Source: an uncultured delta proteobacterium (GTDB taxonomy: Bacteria; Desulfobacterota; Desulfobacteria; Desulfobacterales; UBA11574). Taken from it: a stretch of DNA of 64,000 nucleotides. Positions 1 to 9,021 of the stretch are shown one piece after another. Position 1 is the first letter of the stretch, and each line of letters opens with the position of its first letter. The DNA is taken from assembly GCA_963706295.1 (NCBI GenBank), contig CAVPLW010000022.1, forward strand, positions 46,437-110,436, read 5' to 3'. The position numbers were made by a program, and so were the translations under genes. The notes beneath the pieces are model-generated. The model made no database searches. It was not told the origin of the DNA and worked only from the letters and a program-made list of their open reading frames with translations.

Positions 1-857
1 CCGAAGTAAATCCGTGAAAAATCGCTCACCGGCCGGAGAAGGAGCGCTCCCAATACAGGTCCGGCGATGGATCCTCTTCCGCCGATGAGCGCAATGAAGG
101 CGATTTCAAATGAAAAATCCAGCGACATTACACTCTTAGGATGGATATAGAGAGTAAATTGGGCGTAAAAGGTGCCGGCCAAAGCGGTCAAAAAGGAACT
201 CATGGCCATGGCGATGAGCTTGGCCTGGGCAACGTTGACCCCCAGTGACATGGCGGCTTCAGGTTCTTCACCCCCTGCGTTTAGATAGTAGCCGAGTTTG
301 GAGCGTGAAATAAAATAGGTCAATGCGAGAACGCACACGAGCATCACTAAAATAATATAGTAATACGGCTCCTTGCCGGCAAACATATAGTTACCAAATC
401 CAATATTGGTGGGTGGGATCTGCAGCCCTCTCGGACCATTAATATTTAATGGTCCGAGGTTATCGATATTTTCGACCATGACTCGAATCCCCTCACCAAA
501 AGCAATGGTCGCCAGGGCAAAATAGGCCCCTCGCATTTTAAATGTGGGAAAGCCGATTAGAATACCGACGATAGTGGCCAGAATGCCGCCCACGATCATG
601 CCGATCCATGGACTAATTCCGTACTGAAGGGACAGAATTGTCGATGCATAAGCACCGATGCCGATAAAAGCGGAGTGCCCCAATGGAAGGACGCCGGCAA
701 AACCACCCACCAGATTCCAGCTCGTCGTCAGATAGGCATATAAATAGAGCAGAATGATAATATGGAGATACGTCGGACTCCGGAGTACCAGGGGCAATCC
801 AAAAGCAACGATACCTAATAAAATAAAAGTCGATGTGTTTATATTTTTGCGCGTCAT
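1..857 (-). CDS. livM: Branched-chain amino acid ABC transporter permease, LivM-like (3' end runs off the left edge of the window)
   Basis: Absent from the ORF track because it is truncated. Manual minus-strand translation from ATG 857-855 gives MTRKNINTSTFILLGIVAFGLPLVLRSPTYLHIIILLYLYAYLTTSWNLVGGFAGVLPLGHSAF..., a polytopic hydrophobic LivM-type N-terminus. It lies directly downstream of livH in the same orientation. Confidence 0.8.
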   Translation of the reverse strand, partial: MTRKNINTSTFILLGIVAFGLPLVLRSPTYLHIIILLYLYAYLTTSWNLVGGFAGVLPLGHSAFIGIGAYASTILSLQYGISPWIGMIVGGILATIVGILIGFPTFKMRGAYFALATIAFGEGIRVMVENIDNLGPLNINGPRGLQIPPTNIGFGNYMFAGKEPYYYIILVMLVCVLALTYFISRSKLGYYLNAGGEEPEAAMSLGVNVAQAKLIAMAMSSFLTALAGTFYAQFTLYIHPKSVMSLDFSFEIAFIALIGGRGSIAGPVLGALLLRPVSDFSRIYF

Positions 858-886
858 ACCCTTACCTGTTGAAAATTTTTCACCAA

Positions 887-1774
887 CTACCAGTCGTATT
901 TTACACCAAAGAGTCCTGAAGGCTTAACGAAAAGTACTACCAGAAAAAGCCCGTATACAATGGCTTCCGTCCATGTGGCTGTCATAAACTGGGGAGCGAT
1001 GGATTCGATCAAACCGATGATAATCCCGCCCAGGATCGCTCCGCCGATGCTTCCCAACCCCCCCAGAACCACGATGATGAATCCTTTAATGTCGAAGAGC
1101 ACCCCGACAGAGGGGAAAATATTATAAAACGGTACAAGGGTAACCGCCGCAATTCCTGCGGTGGCCGTTCCGATCCCGAAAGCGACGTTATATACCTTAA
1201 ACTGATTGATGCCCATCAGGCTGGCGGCTTCGCGGTCAAGACTGGTGGCGCGAATGGCCCGACCCATCCGTGTCTTTTGCAAAAAGCAGTAAATCGCAAA
1301 AGCGGTGATCACTGCAGTAACAAACCCCCAGAGTTTGGGAACGGATATAAACATCTCCCCAATTTCCAGCATTTTACCTTTAAGGGGATTGTCCTGAATA
1401 TTGCGGTACGTCGGGCCGAATATGAGCAGGGTAAGGTTGTCCAGAATATACCAGACACCGGTGGTTACGATAATAACCGTAATCGGCTCACGAACATCCT
1501 TTTCAGCTTTGAAAATGGGTTTGATGACGATGTCCTGGAGATAATATCCGAAGAGATACATTACAGGAGCGACGATAATCAGCGCAACATATGGGTGCAC
1601 CCCAGTCAATATGATGGTCCAGTATGCTGCGTACATGCCGACCATCAGAAGCGACCCATGAGCAAAGTTAATGACCTTCAGGACACCGAAAATCAGGGTC
1701 AGACCTAAGGCAGTCAGGCCGTAAATCGACCCCATGAGAACACCGTTGATTGCATCTTCCAGAATATAGATCAT
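887..1774 (-). CDS. livH: Branched-chain amino acid ABC transporter permease, LivH-like
   Basis: 295-aa polytopic membrane protein starting MIYILEDAINGVLMGSIYGLTALGLTLIFGVLKVINFAHG, the typical LivH N-terminus. It is flanked by a LivK-like binding protein and livM. Confidence 0.9.
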   Translation of the reverse strand: MIYILEDAINGVLMGSIYGLTALGLTLIFGVLKVINFAHGSLLMVGMYAAYWTIILTGVHPYVALIIVAPVMYLFGYYLQDIVIKPIFKAEKDVREPITVIIVTTGVWYILDNLTLLIFGPTYRNIQDNPLKGKMLEIGEMFISVPKLWGFVTAVITAFAIYCFLQKTRMGRAIRATSLDREAASLMGINQFKVYNVAFGIGTATAGIAAVTLVPFYNIFPSVGVLFDIKGFIIVVLGGLGSIGGAILGGIIIGLIESIAPQFMTATWTEAIVYGLFLVVLFVKPSGLFGVKYDW

Positions 1775-1862
1775 CTCATAAACTCAATAAGAAAAGAGGA
1801 ACGATTATGAGGGAGCGTCGTCTTGTGAGCGACGCTCCCGGTTTAAAAGACGAGTTGTCAGT

Positions 1863-3122
1863 TTACTTTTTCGGCATGGGAAATATAGGCGTATAACCGG
1901 CGCGACGGGCGTTTTTTGGCCATACGGTGATTCGTTCCAAACCCGTGCCCAGATCGTTGATCTGAACCATCACCAATGCAGCGTGCTTGTTCTGGCCTGT
2001 CTTGTCGAATTCAACCGCATCGTAGCCGACGATCATGCCAGGCCCCCCAGTCAAATTTGTAGTCGCCAGTGCCTGGCGAATTTTAGCCGGATCTAAAGAA
2101 CCTGCCCGTTCCAGTGCATCTTTGAGTACATACATGGCCAGGTAAGCATCTACAGCTTCGCCGGTAAGGTTGGATCCATACTTGGCATTATACTTGGCAT
2201 TGGCCTCCTTGGCACCAGGCTTGTTGACGTCGGTCTCCCATTCAACGATATCAAACATATACTGTCCGTTTTTCCCTGTTGCCTTCAAAAAAGACGGGTC
2301 AGCATGTCCACCGCCGCTGGCGATGATGGCTTTTAACTTGACCTTATACTCCGCCAGGGTATTGGTCAGCAAAATTGCGTCCGCCGCATTTGAGACCAGC
2401 ATCAACACATCGGGGCGGGCGCGTTTAATCTTTTGAACTACCGGACTCAGGTCAGTGGATGTAGACGGATAGGGTTCATCCAGAACGACTTTATACCCCC
2501 CTTTTTTGGCCAAGGCCTTCCATTGTTCCGCAAATCCTTTGCCCCAATCTCCATTTTCATAGACAAAGGCCAATTCTTTTATTGTTGTCTTAAATTCTTT
2601 TTCCATGTCCTTGAGAAAGGAAAACTGGTCACGGGTCCACCAGCTGTCTTTGGCTGCAATTCTGAATACATTCTTGAAACCCTGTTCGGTGATTTTGTCG
2701 GCGACAGACACCGGAACGATGAACGGAATGCCGTAACGTTCGGCCACTGCAGACGTCGGATAACTCACTGCAGAGTTCCAGCAGCCGGTTAACACATTTA
2801 CCTTTTCAGTATTAATAAAACGTTCGGCCTCGGCAACACCCTTTTCCGGTTTGGATTCAGAGTCGGCGTAAACCATTTCCAGCTTGGCCCCCCCTAAAGA
2901 CTTAATACCACCGGCAGCATTGATCTCTTCGACCGCCATCTCACGGGCATTTTTACCCTGCTGGCCGACCGATGCCGAAGGTCCGGACAGCGGGATAATG
3001 TTTCCTACCTTGACCACATTTTCTGCCACCGCTGTAGCGGGTAACAGCGGTAAGGCGGCGACTAAAGCAAGGATTGAAAAAAAGACGGTTAACTTTCCCA
3101 TAAATTTAAATTCAACTTTCAT
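1863..3122 (-). CDS. ABC transporter periplasmic substrate-binding protein (Leu/Ile/Val-binding, LivK/LivJ-like family)
   Basis: 419 aa with an N-terminal signal peptide (LTVFFSILALVAALPLLPATAVA) followed by VKVGNIIPLSGPSASVGQ, typical of type I periplasmic binding proteins. It shares an operon with livH and livM. Confidence 0.88.
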   Translation of the reverse strand: MKVEFKFMGKLTVFFSILALVAALPLLPATAVAENVVKVGNIIPLSGPSASVGQQGKNAREMAVEEINAAGGIKSLGGAKLEMVYADSESKPEKGVAEAERFINTEKVNVLTGCWNSAVSYPTSAVAERYGIPFIVPVSVADKITEQGFKNVFRIAAKDSWWTRDQFSFLKDMEKEFKTTIKELAFVYENGDWGKGFAEQWKALAKKGGYKVVLDEPYPSTSTDLSPVVQKIKRARPDVLMLVSNAADAILLTNTLAEYKVKLKAIIASGGGHADPSFLKATGKNGQYMFDIVEWETDVNKPGAKEANAKYNAKYGSNLTGEAVDAYLAMYVLKDALERAGSLDPAKIRQALATTNLTGGPGMIVGYDAVEFDKTGQNKHAALVMVQINDLGTGLERITVWPKNARRAGYTPIFPMPKK

Positions 3123-3173
3123 CGATTGCTCCTCCTTTTGTTCATTGTTGTTTATTTTTTTACGGCATAGACG

Positions 3174-3488
3174 TTAAATACGGCTGCCATAGGAATAAAA
3201 AGTCATATCATTGGGTATCCCGATATTGAGAACGTCCTGCATAATATGATCTGCTCTGTTTGGATCGATTTTAACTACCAGCAGGAACAATCCAAGGTTC
3301 TTGTCGTGATGAATCTTTGAATCAAAGATTCTCAAATTTAAATGCGTGATACCATCGATGATGTCCTTAAACACATCGTTATCCGCAGATGAGAAAGCCC
3401 TTTCAAAGATGAGATAACCGTATGCAGGATCGAGCGCGCTCTTGATTTTTTTAAAGACCGGTGAATTATGTTGGGTTCCTGCTTTCAT
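3174..3488 (-). CDS. Hypothetical small protein (104 aa) encoded between gabT and the binding-protein gene
   Basis: The ORF starts 2 nt after the gabT stop, on the same strand, in a compact operon. I recognise no family. Confidence 0.55.
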   Translation of the reverse strand: MKAGTQHNSPVFKKIKSALDPAYGYLIFERAFSSADNDVFKDIIDGITHLNLRIFDSKIHHDKNLGLFLLVVKIDPNRADHIMQDVLNIGIPNDMTFYSYGSRI

Positions 3489-3489
3489 A

Positions 3490-4797
3490 TTATGTTGAGA
3501 GGGATGTCAGCCCTTCCTCCATTATGGCCAGACCTCTATCCAGCAGCTCGTCTGTTATAACCAGGGGCATCAATGTTCGAATAACGTTTCCAAAGTTGCC
3601 GCAGGACAGTAAAATCAGTCCTTTTTCAAAACAGAATTTCACCAACGCTTTGGCTTCATCAGTCGCAGGCTCCTTGGTCTCCCGGTCTTTAACCAACTCC
3701 AACGCCAGCATGGGACCCATTCCGCGAACCTCTCCAATAAGCTCGTACTCTTTTTGAAAAGCATCAAAGCGCTTTTTTAGCTTTTTCCCCAGAGTTTCTG
3801 CAGTTTGAAGCAGATTTTCCTCTTCAAATATTTCCATTACGGCAAGACCTGCCCGACAGGCAACCGGATTTCCACCATAGGTGCCGCCCAAACCAAACGG
3901 ATGGACGACTTCCATCATTTCTTTTCTTCCCACCACTGCACTCAGTGGCATCCCTGCCGCAAGGCTTTTGGCTACGGTCATCAGATCCGGCTCCACGTTC
4001 CAGTGCTCCATGGCGAACATCCTGCCGGTGCGTCCCATACCGGTTTGAATTTCGTCAGCGATAAACAGTATCCCGTTGTCACGGCATATTTTTATCAGTT
4101 TGGGGAAATATTCCGGAGGCGGCGTTATAAAACCGCCTTCACCCGTAATTGGCTCTGCAATAACCGCGGCAGTTTTTTCGGCGGCCACATGACTGATGAA
4201 GAATTCTTTCAAATGATCCGCACAGGCGACATCACAACCTGGGTACTCGAGACCGAAGGGGCAGCGATAACAGTAGGCAAAAGGCATCCGGTAAACTTCA
4301 GGCGCAAAAGGACCGAAGCCGAACTTGTAAGGCTTGACCTTGCTGGTGAGGCTCATGGTCAAGAGAGTGCGACCGTGATAACCGTTTTCAAAAGCGATGA
4401 CCGCAGGTCTTTTGGTATAGTACCGGGCAATTTTGACCGCATTTTCAACTGCTTCGGCTCCGCTGTTTATGAAAAGGGCCGTTTTCGGAAAAGCGCCTGG
4501 CGTTACTGCACACAGCTTCTCAGCCAGTGTCACAACCGGTTCATACGGTAAAACCATAAAGCATGTGTGAGTAAACTTCTCTGCCTGATCTTTGATGGCT
4601 GCCACCACCTTGGGATGGGAATGCCCGACATTCATTACACCGATTCCACTGGAAAAATCGATGAACTCACGACCCTCCACATCCCGGATCAGAGCGCCCT
4701 TGGCTGATACCACGTAACTGGAAGTTATACTGCCATGTCCAGGCGGTATATATTTATCTCGCAATTCTTTAAGGGAATTATTTGTTAAATGGTTCAT
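3490..4797 (-). CDS. gabT: Class III PLP-dependent aminotransferase, 4-aminobutyrate aminotransferase-like
   Basis: 435 aa. Motifs FIDFSSGIGVMNVGHSHPKVV, FIADEIQTGMGRTG and TVAKSLAAGMPLSAV (PLP-Lys region) are typical of GabT-type omega-aminotransferases. Confidence 0.85.
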   Translation of the reverse strand: MNHLTNNSLKELRDKYIPPGHGSITSSYVVSAKGALIRDVEGREFIDFSSGIGVMNVGHSHPKVVAAIKDQAEKFTHTCFMVLPYEPVVTLAEKLCAVTPGAFPKTALFINSGAEAVENAVKIARYYTKRPAVIAFENGYHGRTLLTMSLTSKVKPYKFGFGPFAPEVYRMPFAYCYRCPFGLEYPGCDVACADHLKEFFISHVAAEKTAAVIAEPITGEGGFITPPPEYFPKLIKICRDNGILFIADEIQTGMGRTGRMFAMEHWNVEPDLMTVAKSLAAGMPLSAVVGRKEMMEVVHPFGLGGTYGGNPVACRAGLAVMEIFEEENLLQTAETLGKKLKKRFDAFQKEYELIGEVRGMGPMLALELVKDRETKEPATDEAKALVKFCFEKGLILLSCGNFGNVIRTLMPLVITDELLDRGLAIMEEGLTSLST

Positions 4798-4860
4798 GGA
4801 AAACTCCTTAGGTTGGTGTGAAGTGCATGATGGAGAAATCTGATTTAATCATCTATTTCA

Positions 4861-4875
4861 GCAACAAGCGTGCCA
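4861..4875 (-). promoter_or_regulatory. Sigma-54 (-24/-12) promoter for the gabT / amino-acid uptake operon
   Basis: The plus strand reads GCAACAAGCGTGCCA. Its reverse complement, TGGCAC-GCTTG-TTGC, matches TGGCAC-N5-TTGC perfectly. It lies about 65 nt upstream of the gabT ATG (4797), and a sigma-54 activator gene is adjacent. Confidence 0.8.
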
Positions 4876-4952
4876 AAATTCAAAATATGGAGATAAAAAT
4901 AGTTGTTACGAATAGTTATGAGTTTATGTCGAAGGTGGACACTTTAGCGGGA

Positions 4953-5028
4953 TTGATTCAATTTTGAATCAAAAAAAGACAAGAAAGGCCCAAAAGACAA
5001 GATTCAAGAGGAGATTCAATTATGAATC
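4953..5028 (-). promoter_or_regulatory. Candidate enhancer (UAS) sites: two palindromes built on the TGATTCAA half-site
   Basis: TTGATTCAA-TT-TTGAATCAA (4953-4972, perfect 9-bp arms) and GATTCA-ATTA-TGAATC (5013-5028), plus a half-site GATTCAAG at 5001-5008. They sit 80-155 bp upstream of the -24 element, between the promoter and the activator gene. Confidence 0.6.
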
Positions 5029-5083
5029 GACATGGAAAGTATGATAATCACTTAGATATTAATAGGTTATTAGTTTTAATGAT

Positions 5084-6838
5084 TCATAATTGGATCGAAT
5101 CCAGATAAAGTCGATGCTTTTTTAGTTTGCGCACAACTGTCGGCTGGCTTATCTTCAAATAACGCGCCATTTCTCTTGTTGACTTACAGCACGCCATGGC
5201 ATTTTGTAAAATTTCCTTCTCTACATCAAAGATCTGGTCTGTCAGTCCCTCTCCCTGGTGTGCATGAATTGATGGGGTGATGCAGTGGCCAGCATCGGCT
5301 GAAAGACTTTGACGGATCATCTCATCAACGGATTCGTGTTCACTCATTACCACAGCCTTTTTAAGGATGTTTTTCAATTCACGCACATTGCCGGGAAACG
5401 TGAACTCCTGCAGCATCTTCAGTGTATCAGGAGAAATTCTGCGGTTTAATCGATATTCTCTCCCGTATTTTTTCATGTAGAAGCTGACAAGCTCGAAAAT
5501 ATCATCCGGTCTTTCCCGAAGTGGCGGAATCCTTATGGTAAAAGCATTGAGCCGGTAAAACAGATCCTTTCGAAACCGTTTCTGTTGAACCAGACCTTCC
5601 AGATCTCGATTCGTGGCGGCAATAATCGTGCAGTCAATTTTTTTTGACTTAAGTCCTCCCAGACGCATGACCTCATGATCATCCAGGTATTTCAAAAGTT
5701 TTGCCTGGAGAGAATGCGGCAAATCGCCGATCTCATCGAGAAAAAGAGTCCCTTCGTGGGCCAGTTCAAAAAGGCCGGCTTTTCCCTCCTGTCGTGCGCC
5801 GGTAAAAGCTCCCTTTTCGTAACCGAAAAGTTCAGCCTCTAAAAGGTTTTCCGGTAAGGTCGCACAGTTGATCTGAATAAAAGGTTTCTTGTTTCGATTG
5901 CTGTTCTTATGAATGAATTTTGCCAAAAGTCCCTTGCCGGTTCCGGATTCTCCTAAAATCAAAATATCGGATGCAGAGAGATGCGCCAGTTTAAGGGCAA
6001 GGTACATTACCTGTCGCATCTTTTTATCTTCAGCAACAATCTCCTGGTCTTTCAGCTCCAAAAGGCTGAGTTCAGCCAGCTTGTTCTTATATTTTTCTGT
6101 GACCATACGGGACTGTTCCAGCTGTTTTTGGATGGCATTCAATTGTGTCATATCCCGTTCATTGACCACCACAAGAAAGATGTTCCCTTCATCATCAAAG
6201 GCAGGTGTTCCGGTTGCCAGCAAAATCTTTTTCGTCCGTTTTATTTCTTGAATAACACTGACCTGACGTTTGGTTTCAAGCACTTCCAGGGTCACCGAAC
6301 GATCAAACAGACCGCCATCGACAAGATCGATCACATTCTTGCCGATGATATCCGTTGCATGAATCCCATTCAATTTTTCCGAGGCTTCATTGATGTCAAT
6401 CACTTTGCCTTGTCCGTCACAGACCCAGATCCCGTCGTGAGACGCCTTAAAAATTGTTTTTAGCTGCTGATTCAGATAATTGCTCGACTCCAAATCGTCC
6501 GGTGAAATTTTTAATTGCTTCATATCCTGAAAATTGCACACGGTCCCACCAAGTTTTTTCCCCTGGCGAATCAACGTAATATTGAGCACCATATCGAGTT
6601 TTTCCCCGATAACATGGTGCCCCCATTTTGACATACCGGTTTTCAAACATTCCATGACTTGCGGGCCGGTGATTGGGAGAAGCTTTGAAATAAAAATTCC
6701 GGTATGCTTTTCAGCATTGCAGCCAAGCATTTTTTCAGCCTGTTGGTTGATATAGACAATCGTTCCCGATACATCCGTTGCAATGATGCCGTTGTTCGTT
6801 GAATTGATTATCTGCTCATATGTAATTTTTATATCCAT
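5084..6838 (-). CDS. Sigma-54-dependent transcriptional activator (PAS-PAS-AAA+-Fis HTH)
   Basis: 584 aa. Walker A is GESGTGKGLLAKFIH, the GAFTGA loop is present (EKGAFTGA), and the C-terminal HTH is STREMARYLKISQPTVVRKLKK. The N-terminus holds PAS-like repeats. Confidence 0.92.
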   Translation of the reverse strand: MDIKITYEQIINSTNNGIIATDVSGTIVYINQQAEKMLGCNAEKHTGIFISKLLPITGPQVMECLKTGMSKWGHHVIGEKLDMVLNITLIRQGKKLGGTVCNFQDMKQLKISPDDLESSNYLNQQLKTIFKASHDGIWVCDGQGKVIDINEASEKLNGIHATDIIGKNVIDLVDGGLFDRSVTLEVLETKRQVSVIQEIKRTKKILLATGTPAFDDEGNIFLVVVNERDMTQLNAIQKQLEQSRMVTEKYKNKLAELSLLELKDQEIVAEDKKMRQVMYLALKLAHLSASDILILGESGTGKGLLAKFIHKNSNRNKKPFIQINCATLPENLLEAELFGYEKGAFTGARQEGKAGLFELAHEGTLFLDEIGDLPHSLQAKLLKYLDDHEVMRLGGLKSKKIDCTIIAATNRDLEGLVQQKRFRKDLFYRLNAFTIRIPPLRERPDDIFELVSFYMKKYGREYRLNRRISPDTLKMLQEFTFPGNVRELKNILKKAVVMSEHESVDEMIRQSLSADAGHCITPSIHAHQGEGLTDQIFDVEKEILQNAMACCKSTREMARYLKISQPTVVRKLKKHRLYLDSIQL

Positions 6839-7582
6839 AGAATTAAGGGGTATTATAAGAGATATGGATCATTCCTGGAAGTTTATTCTCAGATTTTGAA
6901 TAACATATAGCAGATAGAACTACAATTGATTTCATAAGAAATGAAAGAAGAGAATATTCTTATCAGGCGGGTAGTTATGTTGCTTTTCAGAAAAATGTAA
7001 TCGTCTAATTTTTCTTATTCCGTGATTTGTGAATAGTGCCAACTTGCCCTTACAACCACGCCCTTCGCGCTTTTGATTAAGGCCATTTATTTCGTTTTTG
7101 TAACAGTTAATAGATTTGGCAAACTAAAATAAGATATTAAATTTTAATAAGATTTATGTTTTCTTGTGTTATGTTTAGCAATTTTGTATAATTGTCTAAA
7201 ATTTCAAAATGCTGCAGAAAAGATGCCGCCGCATAATAGTTAATGTTATAAGAATAAATGGAATACATACTCAAATTCAAAGATTTAGAAAAGTATTTCA
7301 AAAAGGCTGATTTTACAGATGTGAAAGTTTTCGAAGGTAATACTACATTACGAAGATTTATTCTTATTAGACTATTTCATCATTTGGTTGTTTCACGGAT
7401 GGCTCAATATGGTTTAACGCATTAGAAATTATTATTAAATAAGTCATATAAACATGTGCTTGACGCAGACTGGTGTTTCGCTGGCGCTCACACCGGCAGG
7501 TCAGTACCACGATTCCCGCGGTAAGATGCCAAGTTAGGCGAACAGTTAATGGTCAGTGCTTCTGGGGTCTGACCGAGATAAT

Positions 7583-8086
7583 ATGCTTAAAAATCCGTCC
7601 AATATTGTTTTGATTGGGATGCCCGGTTCAGGGAAGAGCACGGTCGGCATTATTTTGGCGAAGTTGACATCACGCGATTTCGTCGATACGGACGTCCTTA
7701 TCCAGACATCTCAGGGTCGAACCCTGCAGGATATCGTTGATACGGAAGGTTACATGGTTTTGCGTGAGATCGAAGAGCGTATTCTTTTAAAACTCGATTG
7801 CTTCAATCATGTCATCGCCACCGGGGGCAGCGCCGTATACAGCCATGCGGCCATGACGAACCTGAAATCAAATGGTGTGGTTGTCTTTTTGAACGTTGAC
7901 TTGCCGGTACTGGAATCAAGGATTCACGATTTTGCTACAAGAGGTCTTGCAAAACGTCCGGATCAGAGCATTGAGGACCTGTTTGAGGAACGTTTTGTTT
8001 TATATACCAAGTACGCAGATGTTACGATCGAGTGTAAAGATTTTACACAGCAAGAAGTTTGTAAAGAAATCATCGCATTGATATGA
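7583..8086 (+). CDS. aroK: Shikimate kinase
   Basis: P-loop IVLIGMPGSGKSTVG followed by FVDTDVLIQ and ATGGGAV-like (ATGGSAV) motifs. The track ORF begins at GTG 7556, but ATG 7583 (MLKNPSNIVLIG...) gives the usual length. Confidence 0.88.
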   Translation: MLKNPSNIVLIGMPGSGKSTVGIILAKLTSRDFVDTDVLIQTSQGRTLQDIVDTEGYMVLREIEERILLKLDCFNHVIATGGSAVYSHAAMTNLKSNGVVVFLNVDLPVLESRIHDFATRGLAKRPDQSIEDLFEERFVLYTKYADVTIECKDFTQQEVCKEIIALI

Positions 8087-8090
8087 TTTT

Positions 8091-8160
8091 ACCTTAAAAA
8101 ATTTTCCCGACCAGCTGCTCTGTACCGAATTGCTGAAAATTAAGGGTGCGAAACTTGAAT
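8091..8160 (+). repeat. Dispersed intergenic repeat, copy 1a (core TTAAGGGTGCGAAACTTGAAT)
   Basis: About 70 bp that align almost base-for-base with 15392-15459. The core GGGTGCGAAACTTGA recurs inverted at 61215-61229. The copy ends 56 nt upstream of the ATG at 8216. Confidence 0.75.
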
Positions 8161-8215
8161 CAGTTACCTAAGGCTCAACTTAAAAGATGTATCTGTTGTT
8201 GAGAAGGTTTGTTGA

Positions 8216-8986
8216 ATGGACTTTATTTATTTCACCAGAGACAAAAGCGTTGGTTTTGCAGAACGAATCGTGTCCTTTGTTCTTGTTTTTACAGTCTTTT
8301 TGCTCTTTGGATGCAGCCGTACCCCCGTAACGCCATCCCCCAAACCTGCCTCGCCGATCCCGCTGCCATCAATCCATTACACCATTCAGGTGGGTGCGTT
8401 CTCAAGTATGGATAACGCCGTTCGATTTACCGAAAAATTACGCAAACAGGACGTAAATGCCTATCATTTTTTACATCCTTCGGGTTTGTACAAGGTGCGA
8501 TTCGGTAATTTTTTATCCAGAACAGCCGCCGTCAACAGGGCTAAAGCGCTTTCTTCTGCAGGAATTATCAACAATTTCTATATTGTAGCTCCCAAGAATT
8601 ATTCAAATGCTCACTTGAGAGATAAAATTTTGCGAACAGCAGACAGCCTCATCGGTGTTCCTTACAGGTGGGGCGGCGAGTCAGTGGAAGAGGGGTTCGA
8701 CTGCAGCGGTTTTACCATGACGGTATACCGGTTGAACGGATTGAATCTTCCCAGATCATCTCGATCGCAATGGCATACAGGCATGCCTGTCAGCAAAAGC
8801 GAGCTTGAAAAAGGAAATCTGGTGTTTTTTCATACTTCCGGTAGCGGAAAAATTTCCCATGTCGGCATCTATGATGGAAACGGTCAGTTTATTCATGCAC
8901 CCGGGAAAGGAAAAAAGGTGCGAAGGTCGTCTCTGAATAGCCGGTATTATAAAAAGCGTTATGCAGGAGCAAAGACTTACTTTTAA
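8216..8986 (+). CDS. Lipoprotein with a SPOR domain and a C-terminal NlpC/P60 cell-wall endopeptidase domain
   Basis: Lipobox LLFGC; SPOR-like YTIQVGAFSSMDNAVRF...YKVRFGNF; NlpC/P60 catalytic motifs GFDCSGF and HVGIY. Confidence 0.88.
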   Translation: MDFIYFTRDKSVGFAERIVSFVLVFTVFLLFGCSRTPVTPSPKPASPIPLPSIHYTIQVGAFSSMDNAVRFTEKLRKQDVNAYHFLHPSGLYKVRFGNFLSRTAAVNRAKALSSAGIINNFYIVAPKNYSNAHLRDKILRTADSLIGVPYRWGGESVEEGFDCSGFTMTVYRLNGLNLPRSSRSQWHTGMPVSKSELEKGNLVFFHTSGSGKISHVGIYDGNGQFIHAPGKGKKVRRSSLNSRYYKKRYAGAKTYF

Positions 8987-9021
8987 CACCAAAGACCTTG
9001 GGGGCGAATTCCTATTTATGA

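Noticed and set aside
8151-8185. The GAAACTT part of the recurrent core as an ECF (sigma-E-like GGAACTT-N16-TCAAA) -35 element.
   Set aside because: The three copies do not share a TCAAA-like -10 at a consistent 16-17-nt spacing: CTCAAC at 18 nt in one copy and nothing comparable in the other two.
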